Origin: Phycisphaerales bacterium
Lineage (GTDB): Bacteria; Planctomycetota; Phycisphaerae; Phycisphaerales; SM1A02
Direction of reading: 5' to 3'
Length of the DNA stretch: 64,000 nucleotides
Assembly: GCA_012965315.1 (NCBI GenBank)
Contig: DTSO01000030.1
Span: forward strand, 26,691 to 90,690
Shown here: positions 1-8,379 of the stretch, piece after piece
How positions within the stretch are numbered: the first letter of the stretch is position 1
Layout of the letters: each line of letters starts with the position of its first letter
Notes under the pieces: generated by a model
What the model was told of the DNA's origin: nothing
The model's database searches: none
What the model saw: only the letters and a program-made list of their open reading frames with translations
Program-made: the position numbers and the translations under genes

Positions 1-192
1 AAGGTCGCCTTTTTTTACTGCTGGCTTTGCGCGTTCGCCGCCATCGAGAAGTTTTCCTGGGCCTGTCGCAACAACTTTGCCTTGCATTGGCTTTTCTGAT
101 GCTGACTCGGGTAGAAAAATACCTGATGCTGTTTGTGTTTCCCGTTCTACCGGTTTAATTAAAATTCTGTCTTCTAGTGGTTTCACTGCCAT
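1..192 (-). CDS. groES: co-chaperonin GroES, N-terminal 64 codons; gene runs off the window start
   Basis: Not in the ORF track because the window edge truncates it. The reverse complement of 1..192 reads from ATG (190-192) as [64 protein letters not shown], a typical GroES N-terminus. GGAGA lies 7 nt upstream of the ATG. Confidence 0.85.
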   Translation of the reverse strand, partial: MAVKPLEDRILIKPVERETQTASGIFLPESASEKPMQGKVVATGPGKLLDGGERAKPAVKKGDL

Positions 193-208
193 TGTTCTGT
201 CTCCAGTG

Positions 209-234
209 TGTGTAGTTTTTATATGTGTAGTTTT
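209..234. repeat. direct repeat TGTGTAGTTTT x2 (209-219 and 224-234, 15-nt period) in the groEL-groES spacer
   Basis: Read directly from the sequence. Function unknown; it could be an operator or promoter element for groES. Confidence 0.6.
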
Positions 235-256
235 ATAAATAAGTTACTTAGTAAGT

Positions 257-1930
257 TTAGAAGCCCATGCCCGGCATGCCGCCCATACCTGGCATTCCAC
301 CCATTCCGCCCATGCCACCCATTGGATCCATGCCACCTTCTGGTTCAGCTTCATCTGATGGAACTGTCGTGATAATGCAATCAGTAGAAAGAAGCATGCA
401 AGCTACTGATGATGCATTTTGAAGTGCACAACGATCTACTTTTGTAGGTGTCATAACACCATCTTTCAATAAGTCGCCGTACTCAAGTGTCAATGCATTA
501 AAACCATTGCTTCCTGTCATTTCCATTACTTTTGCAACAACGACTGTGCCTTTAGCACCTGCATTATCCGCGATAGTTCGGAGTGGTAAAGTTAGTGCAT
601 CTGCAATAACTTCAAAGCCCACTTTTTCTTCACCTCGAGCTGAAATTCGCGCTTTCTTTAACGCGTCAATGCTACGAATGAAACTCACGCCGCCGCCAGG
701 GACTACGCCTTCTTCAATTGCAGCACGTGTTGCATGTAGTGCGTCTTCAACACGAGCTTTTCTTTCTTTAAGTTCTGCTTCAGTTGCAGCCCCAACATTT
801 ATTTGCGCGATACCACCTGCAAGTTTTGCGAGTCTTTCTTGAAGTTTTTCACGATCGTAATCTGAAGAGCTATTTGAAATTTCAGCACGTATCCGTGCAA
901 TGCGTTCTTGGATTGATGTAGAAGTTCCAGCACCTTCCATGATGGTGGTTTCTTTATTAGTAATTTCAATTTTCTTTGCTTGGCCAAGTTGTGTTAATGA
1001 AATCTTTTCAATATCAATTCCAAGATCTTTCATAATTGCTTCGCCGCCGGTTAATACTGCGATGTCTTCTAACATTGCCTTCCGACGATCGCCATATCCT
1101 GGTGCTTTTACAGCAACTACTTGCAAAACGCCTCGCAACTTGTTGATAACAAGTGTCGATAGGGCTTCGCCTGTAATATCTTCAGCAATAATCAAAAGTG
1201 ATTTTTTCGATTCCATTACTTTTTCAAGCAGAGGAACGATTTGCTTTGCTGAATCTAGTTTATCTTCGTATATAAACACAAGAGGTTTATCGAGAACAGT
1301 CGTCATTGCGTCAACGTCGGTTACAAAGTTAGGACTTAAAAATCCGCGGTCAAATTGCATACCTTCAACAACATCAACTGTTGTGTCTAAACTTTTACCT
1401 TCTTCAACCGTAATGACTCCATCTTTTCCAACTTTGGAAAATGCCTTAGCCATAATTTTGCCGACTTCTTCGTCATTGTTTGCAGAAATGGTAGCAACTG
1501 CTTCAATATTGTTTTCAACTGATTGCGACATATCGCAAATCGAAGCTGTAACAACGGTAACTGCTTTACGAATGCCACGAACCATTGCGTTTGCATCGCA
1601 ACCTGCTGCGAGATGACGAAGTCCACTTTTGAAAATAGCTTCTGCAAGTACCGTTGCGGTTGTGGTGCCGTCGCCAGCATCATCAGAAGTTTTTGAGGCA
1701 ACATTTTTTACAAGTTGCGCGCCTTGGTTTTCAATTGGGTCACGAAGTTCAATTTCTTCTGCAACTGTTACGCCGTCTTTAGTAACCGTTGGGCCACCCC
1801 AAGATTTATCCAAAACTGCGTTACGACCGCGGGGTCCAAGTGTGGACTTAACCGCAGCAGCGAGTTTTTCTACTCCCTGCAACATTTTTTTGCGAGCCTC
1901 GACATCAAATGCCAGTTCTTTTACTGCCAT
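257..1930 (-). CDS. groEL: chaperonin GroEL (60 kDa)
   Basis: 557 aa. Contains AGDGTTTATVLA, VAVKAPGFGDRRK-like (VAVKAPGYGDRRK) and VEEGVVPGGG motifs, plus a C-terminal GGM repeat tail. Confidence 0.97.
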   Translation of the reverse strand: MAVKELAFDVEARKKMLQGVEKLAAAVKSTLGPRGRNAVLDKSWGGPTVTKDGVTVAEEIELRDPIENQGAQLVKNVASKTSDDAGDGTTTATVLAEAIFKSGLRHLAAGCDANAMVRGIRKAVTVVTASICDMSQSVENNIEAVATISANNDEEVGKIMAKAFSKVGKDGVITVEEGKSLDTTVDVVEGMQFDRGFLSPNFVTDVDAMTTVLDKPLVFIYEDKLDSAKQIVPLLEKVMESKKSLLIIAEDITGEALSTLVINKLRGVLQVVAVKAPGYGDRRKAMLEDIAVLTGGEAIMKDLGIDIEKISLTQLGQAKKIEITNKETTIMEGAGTSTSIQERIARIRAEISNSSSDYDREKLQERLAKLAGGIAQINVGAATEAELKERKARVEDALHATRAAIEEGVVPGGGVSFIRSIDALKKARISARGEEKVGFEVIADALTLPLRTIADNAGAKGTVVVAKVMEMTGSNGFNALTLEYGDLLKDGVMTPTKVDRCALQNASSVACMLLSTDCIITTVPSDEAEPEGGMDPMGGMGGMGGMPGMGGMPGMGF

Positions 1931-2172
1931 GAAAATAATCTCCTAATCCTCAATTCACCACCCAAATTGGGTATTTGCGAATCGAACCTTTCCTGTACTG
2001 TCGGTGGCACGATGCCAACGACTACGACTAATAAGTACAAATTCCACACCAAAAAGAGATCCAAAAACACGCTTTTTGCCCCAATTATCCCTCGCCGTAA
2101 ATTTTGCTCCGCCAGACACTCCTATTACACTTGGCTGACTGCCACGTTGGCAGACAATGGTTTTGCTCTAAT

Positions 2173-3075
2173 TCAACCCCTCAGATGAAGAAGGTCAATC
2201 AACGCAGGCGGAGGAGTGATGAGCGCATTTCGAATCCAAATAACATTCCGAAGAAGATAGCCAAGGCCGATGACAATAAGAGACAAACTCATCACCATAA
2301 TGATTAGTCCAAGCAACGCCAGATTTGAATCCGTGTCCGAAACTGCTAAGAAAGTTCTTCCAACAATAATCACAATGAGTGCCGCAAGCAAATCATTCAT
2401 TCGCTGACGACTTCCTTGTGCCTGACGAAACGCTCTGCTCCGTTGACCAAGCCGTGGAACGAGGTGTCGAAAACCTGAAAAAACTAATCCAGCCGAAACA
2501 ACGGGCAAGCAAATATCAAACAACATCGCAACTTCGGTCGATTGCATTTTTATATTTAACAACAGCCAAGCATTTATACCCATACTAATCGCCCAGAGCC
2601 AAAGACCAGAGAACGTCATTACTAAACCTTTTCGACAACCAGCTAATTCTTGACGTTTACACATACGCATCATTGGAAGAAGGCAAGTAAATGCGATAAT
2701 ACTTGTTAGCGCTGAAGTCCATACAAAACTAATTGTTGAGATACTTCGAAGCGCACTTGGTATCGGTAATGATTCGGGTGCCCGAGAGACTAATGCTAGA
2801 ACAGCAATTATTATTGCAACAAAATAGAAAAGCACAACGCTAGCAATTGAATTGCCAACTGATTTTGGCTTGTGAATTGGTTGCAACCTTCTAGAAGTTG
2901 GATCGACTACTTCAATAATCGTCAGACGAATCGGTTCGCCGCATTCTGGGCAATCACCATCCGCTCCCAGCTCCTTTAATTCATAACCACAACGTCTACA
3001 AGGCATGCTTAGCGCGACCCGCATTTGACTGAGGTCGTCTGCAATTGGAGATTTTGTTTTAGATTCAGTGGTCAT
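2173..3075 (-). CDS. hypothetical polytopic membrane protein with N-terminal CxxC...CxxC zinc ribbon
   Basis: CRRCGYELKELGADGDCPECG near the N-terminus is followed by several long hydrophobic segments. No family recognised. Confidence 0.6.
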   Translation of the reverse strand: MTTESKTKSPIADDLSQMRVALSMPCRRCGYELKELGADGDCPECGEPIRLTIIEVVDPTSRRLQPIHKPKSVGNSIASVVLFYFVAIIIAVLALVSRAPESLPIPSALRSISTISFVWTSALTSIIAFTCLLPMMRMCKRQELAGCRKGLVMTFSGLWLWAISMGINAWLLLNIKMQSTEVAMLFDICLPVVSAGLVFSGFRHLVPRLGQRSRAFRQAQGSRQRMNDLLAALIVIIVGRTFLAVSDTDSNLALLGLIIMVMSLSLIVIGLGYLLRNVIWIRNALITPPPALIDLLHLRG

Positions 3076-3107
3076 ATCGGTTCGAATGCTATACTCGTAC
3101 TTATATT

Positions 3108-4049
3108 ATGGACACAGCGCTTACTCAAAATCTTCAGGAACTACGCCAAAACATTGCATCAGTGTACATGGGGAACGCCCTTGCCATCGACCGTGTCATC
3201 ATTACATTGCTCTCAAGGGGTCATATTCTTATCGAAGATGTACCGGGGGTGGGAAAAACCATACTCGCAAGTGCTGTTGCTAAATCGATAAAAGGTTCAT
3301 TTGCTCGTATTCAATGCACTCCAGACCTACTCCCTAGTGACATTACGGGTGTAAATATGCTCAATAGAACAAACACAGATTTTACTTTTAGAGAAGGGCC
3401 GGTGTTCAATAACATTATCGTTGCGGATGAAATTAATAGAACGACACCAAGAACACAGTCTGCGCTACTTGAAGCGATGAGCGAAAGCTCTGTAACCGTA
3501 GATGGCGATACAAGAGCACTGCCATCACCGTTTATGGTAATTGCAACACAAAACCCGTACGAGTTTGAGGGAACTTATTTTCTTCCTGAAAATCAACTCG
3601 ACCGTTTTTTGATGCGAATACATTTAGGGTACCCATCCCCTGATGATGAAAGTCGAGTCATCAAACAACAACCACTGCGTAACACTTTGCAAACTTTAAC
3701 GCCTCTGATGTCAACAGATGAAATTGAAGCCGCCCAGAAAAACGTTGATGCAATAAAAATTGCAGACTCTCTTATTGATTACATCATCGCTCTTTCAACA
3801 GCAACAAGGCATGCCGAAGATTTACAGGTTGGAATTAGTACTCGTGGCGGTCTGGCTCTTGCCCAAGTTGCAAAAGCAAGTGCACTGCTTAACGACAGAG
3901 ATTACTGCATCCCAGAAGACATCATTTCAAATGTTCTGCCAGTTTGCGCGCACCGAGTTGTAAGTCGAACTTACATGCATGATGGAGATACAAATGCAAC
4001 TAGAAGAATCATGCAACAGGTTTTAGAAACAGTTCCAAGCCCTGCTTAA
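3108..4049 (+). CDS. MoxR-family AAA+ ATPase
   Basis: 313 aa. Walker A is EDVPGVGKT and Walker B is IIVADEINR. Length and the C-terminal helical domain are typical of MoxR/RavA-type ATPases. Confidence 0.85.
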   Translation: MDTALTQNLQELRQNIASVYMGNALAIDRVIITLLSRGHILIEDVPGVGKTILASAVAKSIKGSFARIQCTPDLLPSDITGVNMLNRTNTDFTFREGPVFNNIIVADEINRTTPRTQSALLEAMSESSVTVDGDTRALPSPFMVIATQNPYEFEGTYFLPENQLDRFLMRIHLGYPSPDDESRVIKQQPLRNTLQTLTPLMSTDEIEAAQKNVDAIKIADSLIDYIIALSTATRHAEDLQVGISTRGGLALAQVAKASALLNDRDYCIPEDIISNVLPVCAHRVVSRTYMHDGDTNATRRIMQQVLETVPSPA

Positions 4050-4060
4050 TTCAACTTTTA

Positions 4061-4591
4061 TTACGGACTAATAACACCAATGTCTGGGAAATTTCGGTAA
4101 TAGCCATCGTAGTCAAGACCATAACCAACTACAAATTCATCTTCAATATCAAAACCAATATGTTCGCACGGCACGCTCATTGCTGAATCCAATTTTTTCC
4201 GTAACAACACGCAAGATTGAATAGACTTTGGTTCCATTTCAATAAGACCGTTTCTAATTCTAGTCAGCGTTTTCCCAGAGTCTAAAATGTCATCAACAAG
4301 TAAGACATGCAAATCTTTCACATCAGGAAGTTTGCCAAGCATTGGGTCATTGTTGGTTTTGGTACTTTTCCCAATGTAACTAGTCGCTGACATCAACTGA
4401 ATTTGTATTTTCATTGGCAAGTGTCGCATTAAGTCCGCAACAAAAATCAAACTTCCTGTCATTACTGCAACCAAAGCAATTTGTTGTTCTTCAACATCTT
4501 CTAAACTTTTGGTTATATCTTCCCCGAGGGATCGAACGCGATCTGAGATTGCGCCTCGTGCGATTAAAATTCTATCGATATCTTGTTTCAT
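4061..4591 (-). CDS. hpt: hypoxanthine phosphoribosyltransferase
   Basis: 176 aa. Has the PRPP-binding motif VLLVDDILDSGKTL and the C-terminal VVGYGLDYDGYYRN signature. Confidence 0.92.
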   Translation of the reverse strand: MKQDIDRILIARGAISDRVRSLGEDITKSLEDVEEQQIALVAVMTGSLIFVADLMRHLPMKIQIQLMSATSYIGKSTKTNNDPMLGKLPDVKDLHVLLVDDILDSGKTLTRIRNGLIEMEPKSIQSCVLLRKKLDSAMSVPCEHIGFDIEDEFVVGYGLDYDGYYRNFPDIGVISP

Positions 4592-6016
4592 TTATGTTTC
4601 CTTCATCCATTGAAGTGCTATCCAAGCAAAACTCAGAAGTGTTGAAAAAGCAACTGCATCTGTAACCATGATTAAAAAAATTGCAGAAGCTTGCGCTGGG
4701 TCTGCGCCCACTCGCTTCATTATTAATGGAATTGCAGCACCCGTTAATGTACCAACTGCCATAGAAACGACCATCGCACATGCGAAAATAATTCCCACTC
4801 TTGTTTCTAATTCGCTAGAACCAAATATCCAGAGCAATAACGCAACCGCACCGCCAATAGTCGCGCCAGTAATAATGCCTACAAATAATTCCCGCCGAAT
4901 TAGCGGGAAAATTCTATCGGGTCGAACTTCGTCAAGAACAATGCCACGCAATGTAACTGCAAGTGCTTGATGCCCCGCATTCCCTGCTAACGCTGCAATA
5001 AGTGGCATAAAAACGGCCAACAGTGCAACTTCTCGAATCATAGATTCGAAGCCAAGAACAACATAGGTAGCGGGCAACATCATGACTGCAGACACAATAA
5101 GCCAAGGCATTCGACCTTTTAACTTTTCGCCAACGCCAGAATAGACTGCTTCCCCTGCACCAGCACCTACCGTCTTTTGAACATCTTCTGTTTGTTCCTC
5201 TTCAATAATGTCAATGACATCATCAACAGTAATAATACCAAGTAGCCGGTTTGAACCATCTAATACAGGAAGCATTTCATATCCGTACCGATCAAATTCG
5301 CGGGCAACTTGTTCTCTGTCTGTTCCGCTATGCACTGCTGCTACTTTTTGTACCATTATTTCTGCGACAGTCGCGTTCGACATCCCAATTAAGAGAGATC
5401 GTAAACTGACAACGCCGACAAGTTCATCATTTTTGTTTATTACTGGTAAATCCTGAACATGTTCGGGCAATTCACGTTCGCGAAGCAAATCAACAACTTT
5501 AGAAATTGTCATGTCTTCCGAAAGTGAAACAAAATCCGTAGTCATAATCCCTGCGGCAGATTCCTCTTCGTAATCACAAAGTTGACGAAGTTTTCTTACG
5601 TAACCAACTGGCATTGATACAAAAATTGGTTCTATTATTTCGTCGTTTAAGCCACGAATAATACTTACTGCATCATCTGGTGCGAGAAGAAGCAAAAGTT
5701 TTGAAGCGTATTCGATACGACCATCGGCAGATAAATCTTCAACGATAGTTACTGCAAGCGGAACTTCCATCTCTGCAAGCGCGTCTGCGGCAGCTTGGTC
5801 TTCCATCAACTCGATGACTTCTGCAGCTTCATCATCCGCAAGGTCTTCGAGTGTATCTGCAGCATCTGCGGCTTTTTGTTTTGTTACGGCAGTGGCAAGG
5901 GCAGAGATATCAATGGTGTGCGACATCAAATCAGCAACGTGTTCGTCAACTAAAGAAACAGATTCTGTTACTTCAATGACGGGTTCGTCTTCGTTTTGGT
6001 GGCGTTGCTCTTGCAT
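4592..6016 (-). CDS. mgtE: magnesium transporter MgtE
   Basis: 474 aa. Acidic N-domain, tandem CBS region, C-terminal 5-TM domain with an AGNAGHQA-type motif. Its stop abuts the hpt start with no spacer. Confidence 0.9.
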   Translation of the reverse strand: MQEQRHQNEDEPVIEVTESVSLVDEHVADLMSHTIDISALATAVTKQKAADAADTLEDLADDEAAEVIELMEDQAAADALAEMEVPLAVTIVEDLSADGRIEYASKLLLLLAPDDAVSIIRGLNDEIIEPIFVSMPVGYVRKLRQLCDYEEESAAGIMTTDFVSLSEDMTISKVVDLLRERELPEHVQDLPVINKNDELVGVVSLRSLLIGMSNATVAEIMVQKVAAVHSGTDREQVAREFDRYGYEMLPVLDGSNRLLGIITVDDVIDIIEEEQTEDVQKTVGAGAGEAVYSGVGEKLKGRMPWLIVSAVMMLPATYVVLGFESMIREVALLAVFMPLIAALAGNAGHQALAVTLRGIVLDEVRPDRIFPLIRRELFVGIITGATIGGAVALLLWIFGSSELETRVGIIFACAMVVSMAVGTLTGAAIPLIMKRVGADPAQASAIFLIMVTDAVAFSTLLSFAWIALQWMKET

Positions 6017-6050
6017 TGGTAAGGATTGTATGAAGGAGAATTACTTCATG

Positions 6051-6809
6051 TTATTTTTCTTCTGTCTCCTTTAGAGACCGCCGTTTTGGAGGAACTCCAA
6101 GTCGAGTGCCTTCACCTGTTGGTTCTTGTTCGTCAGATTCAAACCGAGGTAAATTTTCGCCAACAACTTTTACGCCTGTAAAGTGGTCATGAATTATTTT
6201 CACGGCTTCAGCAGGTGTATCTACTATTGAAAACAAATCTAAATCCTCAGGGCTAATCGTCTTAAATTCTGTTGCGAGTTTTTCTCGCATCCAGTCGATA
6301 AGTGAACCCCAAAAATCTCTCCCAACAAGAACCACTGGGAATGGTTGGATTTTTAAAGTTTGAATAAGAGTTAAAGATTCAAAAAACTCGTCAAGCGTGC
6401 CAAACCCACCTGGGTAAATTACAAAACCTCGTGCATATTTAACAAACATTACCTTCCGAATGAAAAAGTATCGAAAATCTAATTCTAACGTCTGATAGGG
6501 GTTCCCTTCCTGTTCCATTGGTAATGAAATATTCAGGCCAACCGACATCCCTTTTGCCTCGAAGGCACCTTTATTTGCCGCCTCCATAATTCCAGGGCCA
6601 CCACCTGTAATAACTGCGAAACCTGCGTCGGCAAGCAATTTCCCGCACGTAACTGCCGATTGATAATGCGGGCTGTCTTCTGGCAAACGAGCTGATCCGA
6701 AAACCGAAACCGCGGGCGGCAACTTGCATAAAGCGTCAATCGCTTCAACAAATTCGCCCTGAATTCGTAAAACGCGCCATGATTCGAGTGAAAGTGCATT
6801 ATTTGGCAT
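6051..6809 (-). CDS. LOG family (TIGR00730) nucleotide 5'-monophosphate nucleosidase-like protein
   Basis: Contains GGGPGIMEAANKGA and the PGGFGTLDEFFE motif characteristic of the LOG / lysine-decarboxylase-like family. Confidence 0.85.
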   Translation of the reverse strand: MPNNALSLESWRVLRIQGEFVEAIDALCKLPPAVSVFGSARLPEDSPHYQSAVTCGKLLADAGFAVITGGGPGIMEAANKGAFEAKGMSVGLNISLPMEQEGNPYQTLELDFRYFFIRKVMFVKYARGFVIYPGGFGTLDEFFESLTLIQTLKIQPFPVVLVGRDFWGSLIDWMREKLATEFKTISPEDLDLFSIVDTPAEAVKIIHDHFTGVKVVGENLPRFESDEQEPTGEGTRLGVPPKRRSLKETEEK

Positions 6810-6870
6810 ATTCTAAAAAACCTTTATTTGCTCGTAAGTCTTTATTTTATAAGGAGTTACATTGGTGCAT

Positions 6871-6899
6871 TTGAAATTAAAACTGATTTATGGTAGAAT
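6871..6899 (+). promoter_or_regulatory. sigma70-like promoter candidate upstream of folC (TTGAAA - 17 nt - TGgTAGAAT)
   Basis: -35 TTGAAA at 6871-6876 and extended -10 TGgTAGAAT at 6891-6899. The -10 ends 9 nt before ATG 6909, which implies an almost leaderless mRNA. Based on sequence pattern only. Confidence 0.4.
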
Positions 6900-6908
6900 A
6901 GCACGGCT

Positions 6909-8351
6909 ATGGCTACTTCAAAGACAACAACAAAAAAGAAAACCGCAAAACGTACCACCAAAAAAGTGGCTACGAAGCGGAAAACCGCAAAAAAGAGCCC
7001 TATTAAGGCCATTGAGACGTTTTCCTCAGCAGTAAAATACTTGCTTGAGCAAACCGATTTTGAGCGAATGCGAGTTGTTCAATACGACGAAACAACATTC
7101 AAACTTGATCGTATGCGAACGCTTCTTGCTGCAATTGGCAATCCACAAGACAAAGTTCCACTGGTACATATTGCTGGCACGGTTGGTAAAGGCTCAACTG
7201 TTGCAATGCTTTCATCGATGTTACGTGGCAATGGCTACACCGTCGGCGAATACACATCCCCACACCTCATCGACATACGAGAACGAGTTGTTGTAAACGG
7301 CGAGATGATTAAAGAAGAAACTTTCACAACAATTCTTAAAGAGGTTGTTGAAGCCGCTACTAAAAATAAATTAACTCCAACCTTTTTTGAGTTAATCACC
7401 GCAGTTGCGTTTAAACAATTTGCAGAGCAAGCGATTGACATTGCTATTATCGAAACTGGCTTAGGGGGCCGGCTCGATTCTACAAATGTAATTACACCAC
7501 TTATTACTCTCATTACAAAAATTGATTTAGACCACATGAACATATTAGGTACAACCGTTGAAGAAATTGCTCGTGAAAAAGCTGGTATTTTCAAATCTTC
7601 CGTTCCTGCAATTAGCGCACACCAAACCCCTGAAGTTACAGCAATTTTGAAAGCGTGTGCAGAAGAATCCAAAACTGAAGTTAGAGTAATTGCAAATGAT
7701 ATTGAGTTTAGTGCACGTTTTGGTGGTGGATCGGATGGCAAGCAACACACGCGTATTTGTGTTGTCACAGAAGAATCTCAATACATGCATATTCCTGTTC
7801 CACTTTTCGGAGAACACCAAGCGACGAATTGCGCACTTGCAATTTCTGCTGTTGATCAACTAAAGCATTTTGGTTTTAAATTTGACGACTTAACACTATA
7901 TAACTCCCTTGCGGAAACAAAAATCGCAGGGCGAATGGAAACCGTGTGGAACCGTCCTAAAATTATCGTTGACGGAGCACACAATCCAACAGCATTGCAA
8001 ACACTTATCAAATCTATTGGCGCGCACATTCCCTACGACTCTATGGTCTTAGTGTTTGGTTGTTGCCAAGATAAAGATGTCACTGGCATGCTTAATAAAA
8101 TTGCGCTCGGCGCCGATAAGATTATCTTCACAAAAGCGAAGGGTAACCCCCGGGCTGCAGAACCAAAAATACTTCAAAAACAGTTTGCTGAAATTAGTGG
8201 AAAGATGACGCAAATCGCTGACACGCTTCCCGAAGCACTTGAAATCGCTGCCCAAGCTGCAAGTAGAGAAGATTTAATCTGTGTAACAGGTAGCTTCTAT
8301 CTCGTTGGAGACACCAAAAAGCATCTTGCTGCAATTGCAGCGAAAAGATAA
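6909..8351 (+). CDS. folC: bifunctional folylpolyglutamate synthase / dihydrofolate synthase with a Lys-rich N-terminal extension
   Basis: P-loop HIAGTVGKGST and Mur-ligase fold motifs (ETGLGGRLD, DGAHNP). The first ~35 aa are KKKTAKRTTKKVATKRKTAKK-type low complexity. The start is uncertain; an in-frame GTG is at 6966. Confidence 0.88.
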   Translation: MATSKTTTKKKTAKRTTKKVATKRKTAKKSPIKAIETFSSAVKYLLEQTDFERMRVVQYDETTFKLDRMRTLLAAIGNPQDKVPLVHIAGTVGKGSTVAMLSSMLRGNGYTVGEYTSPHLIDIRERVVVNGEMIKEETFTTILKEVVEAATKNKLTPTFFELITAVAFKQFAEQAIDIAIIETGLGGRLDSTNVITPLITLITKIDLDHMNILGTTVEEIAREKAGIFKSSVPAISAHQTPEVTAILKACAEESKTEVRVIANDIEFSARFGGGSDGKQHTRICVVTEESQYMHIPVPLFGEHQATNCALAISAVDQLKHFGFKFDDLTLYNSLAETKIAGRMETVWNRPKIIVDGAHNPTALQTLIKSIGAHIPYDSMVLVFGCCQDKDVTGMLNKIALGADKIIFTKAKGNPRAAEPKILQKQFAEISGKMTQIADTLPEALEIAAQAASREDLICVTGSFYLVGDTKKHLAAIAAKR

Positions 8352-8379
8352 GCGTTCCTGCGGTATCCTGCACCTCATT

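Noticed and set aside
257-330. Short tandem GGM/PGM-coding repeats
   Set aside because: This is the normal Gly-Gly-Met C-terminal tail of GroEL, not a separate repeat element.
1931-2172. Expected CIRCE/HrcA operator upstream of groEL
   Set aside because: No TTAGCACTC-N9-GAGTGCTAA-like inverted repeat was found. Only short unrelated palindromes are present (CTGCCA-CGT-TGGCAG, CCCAA-A-TTGGG).
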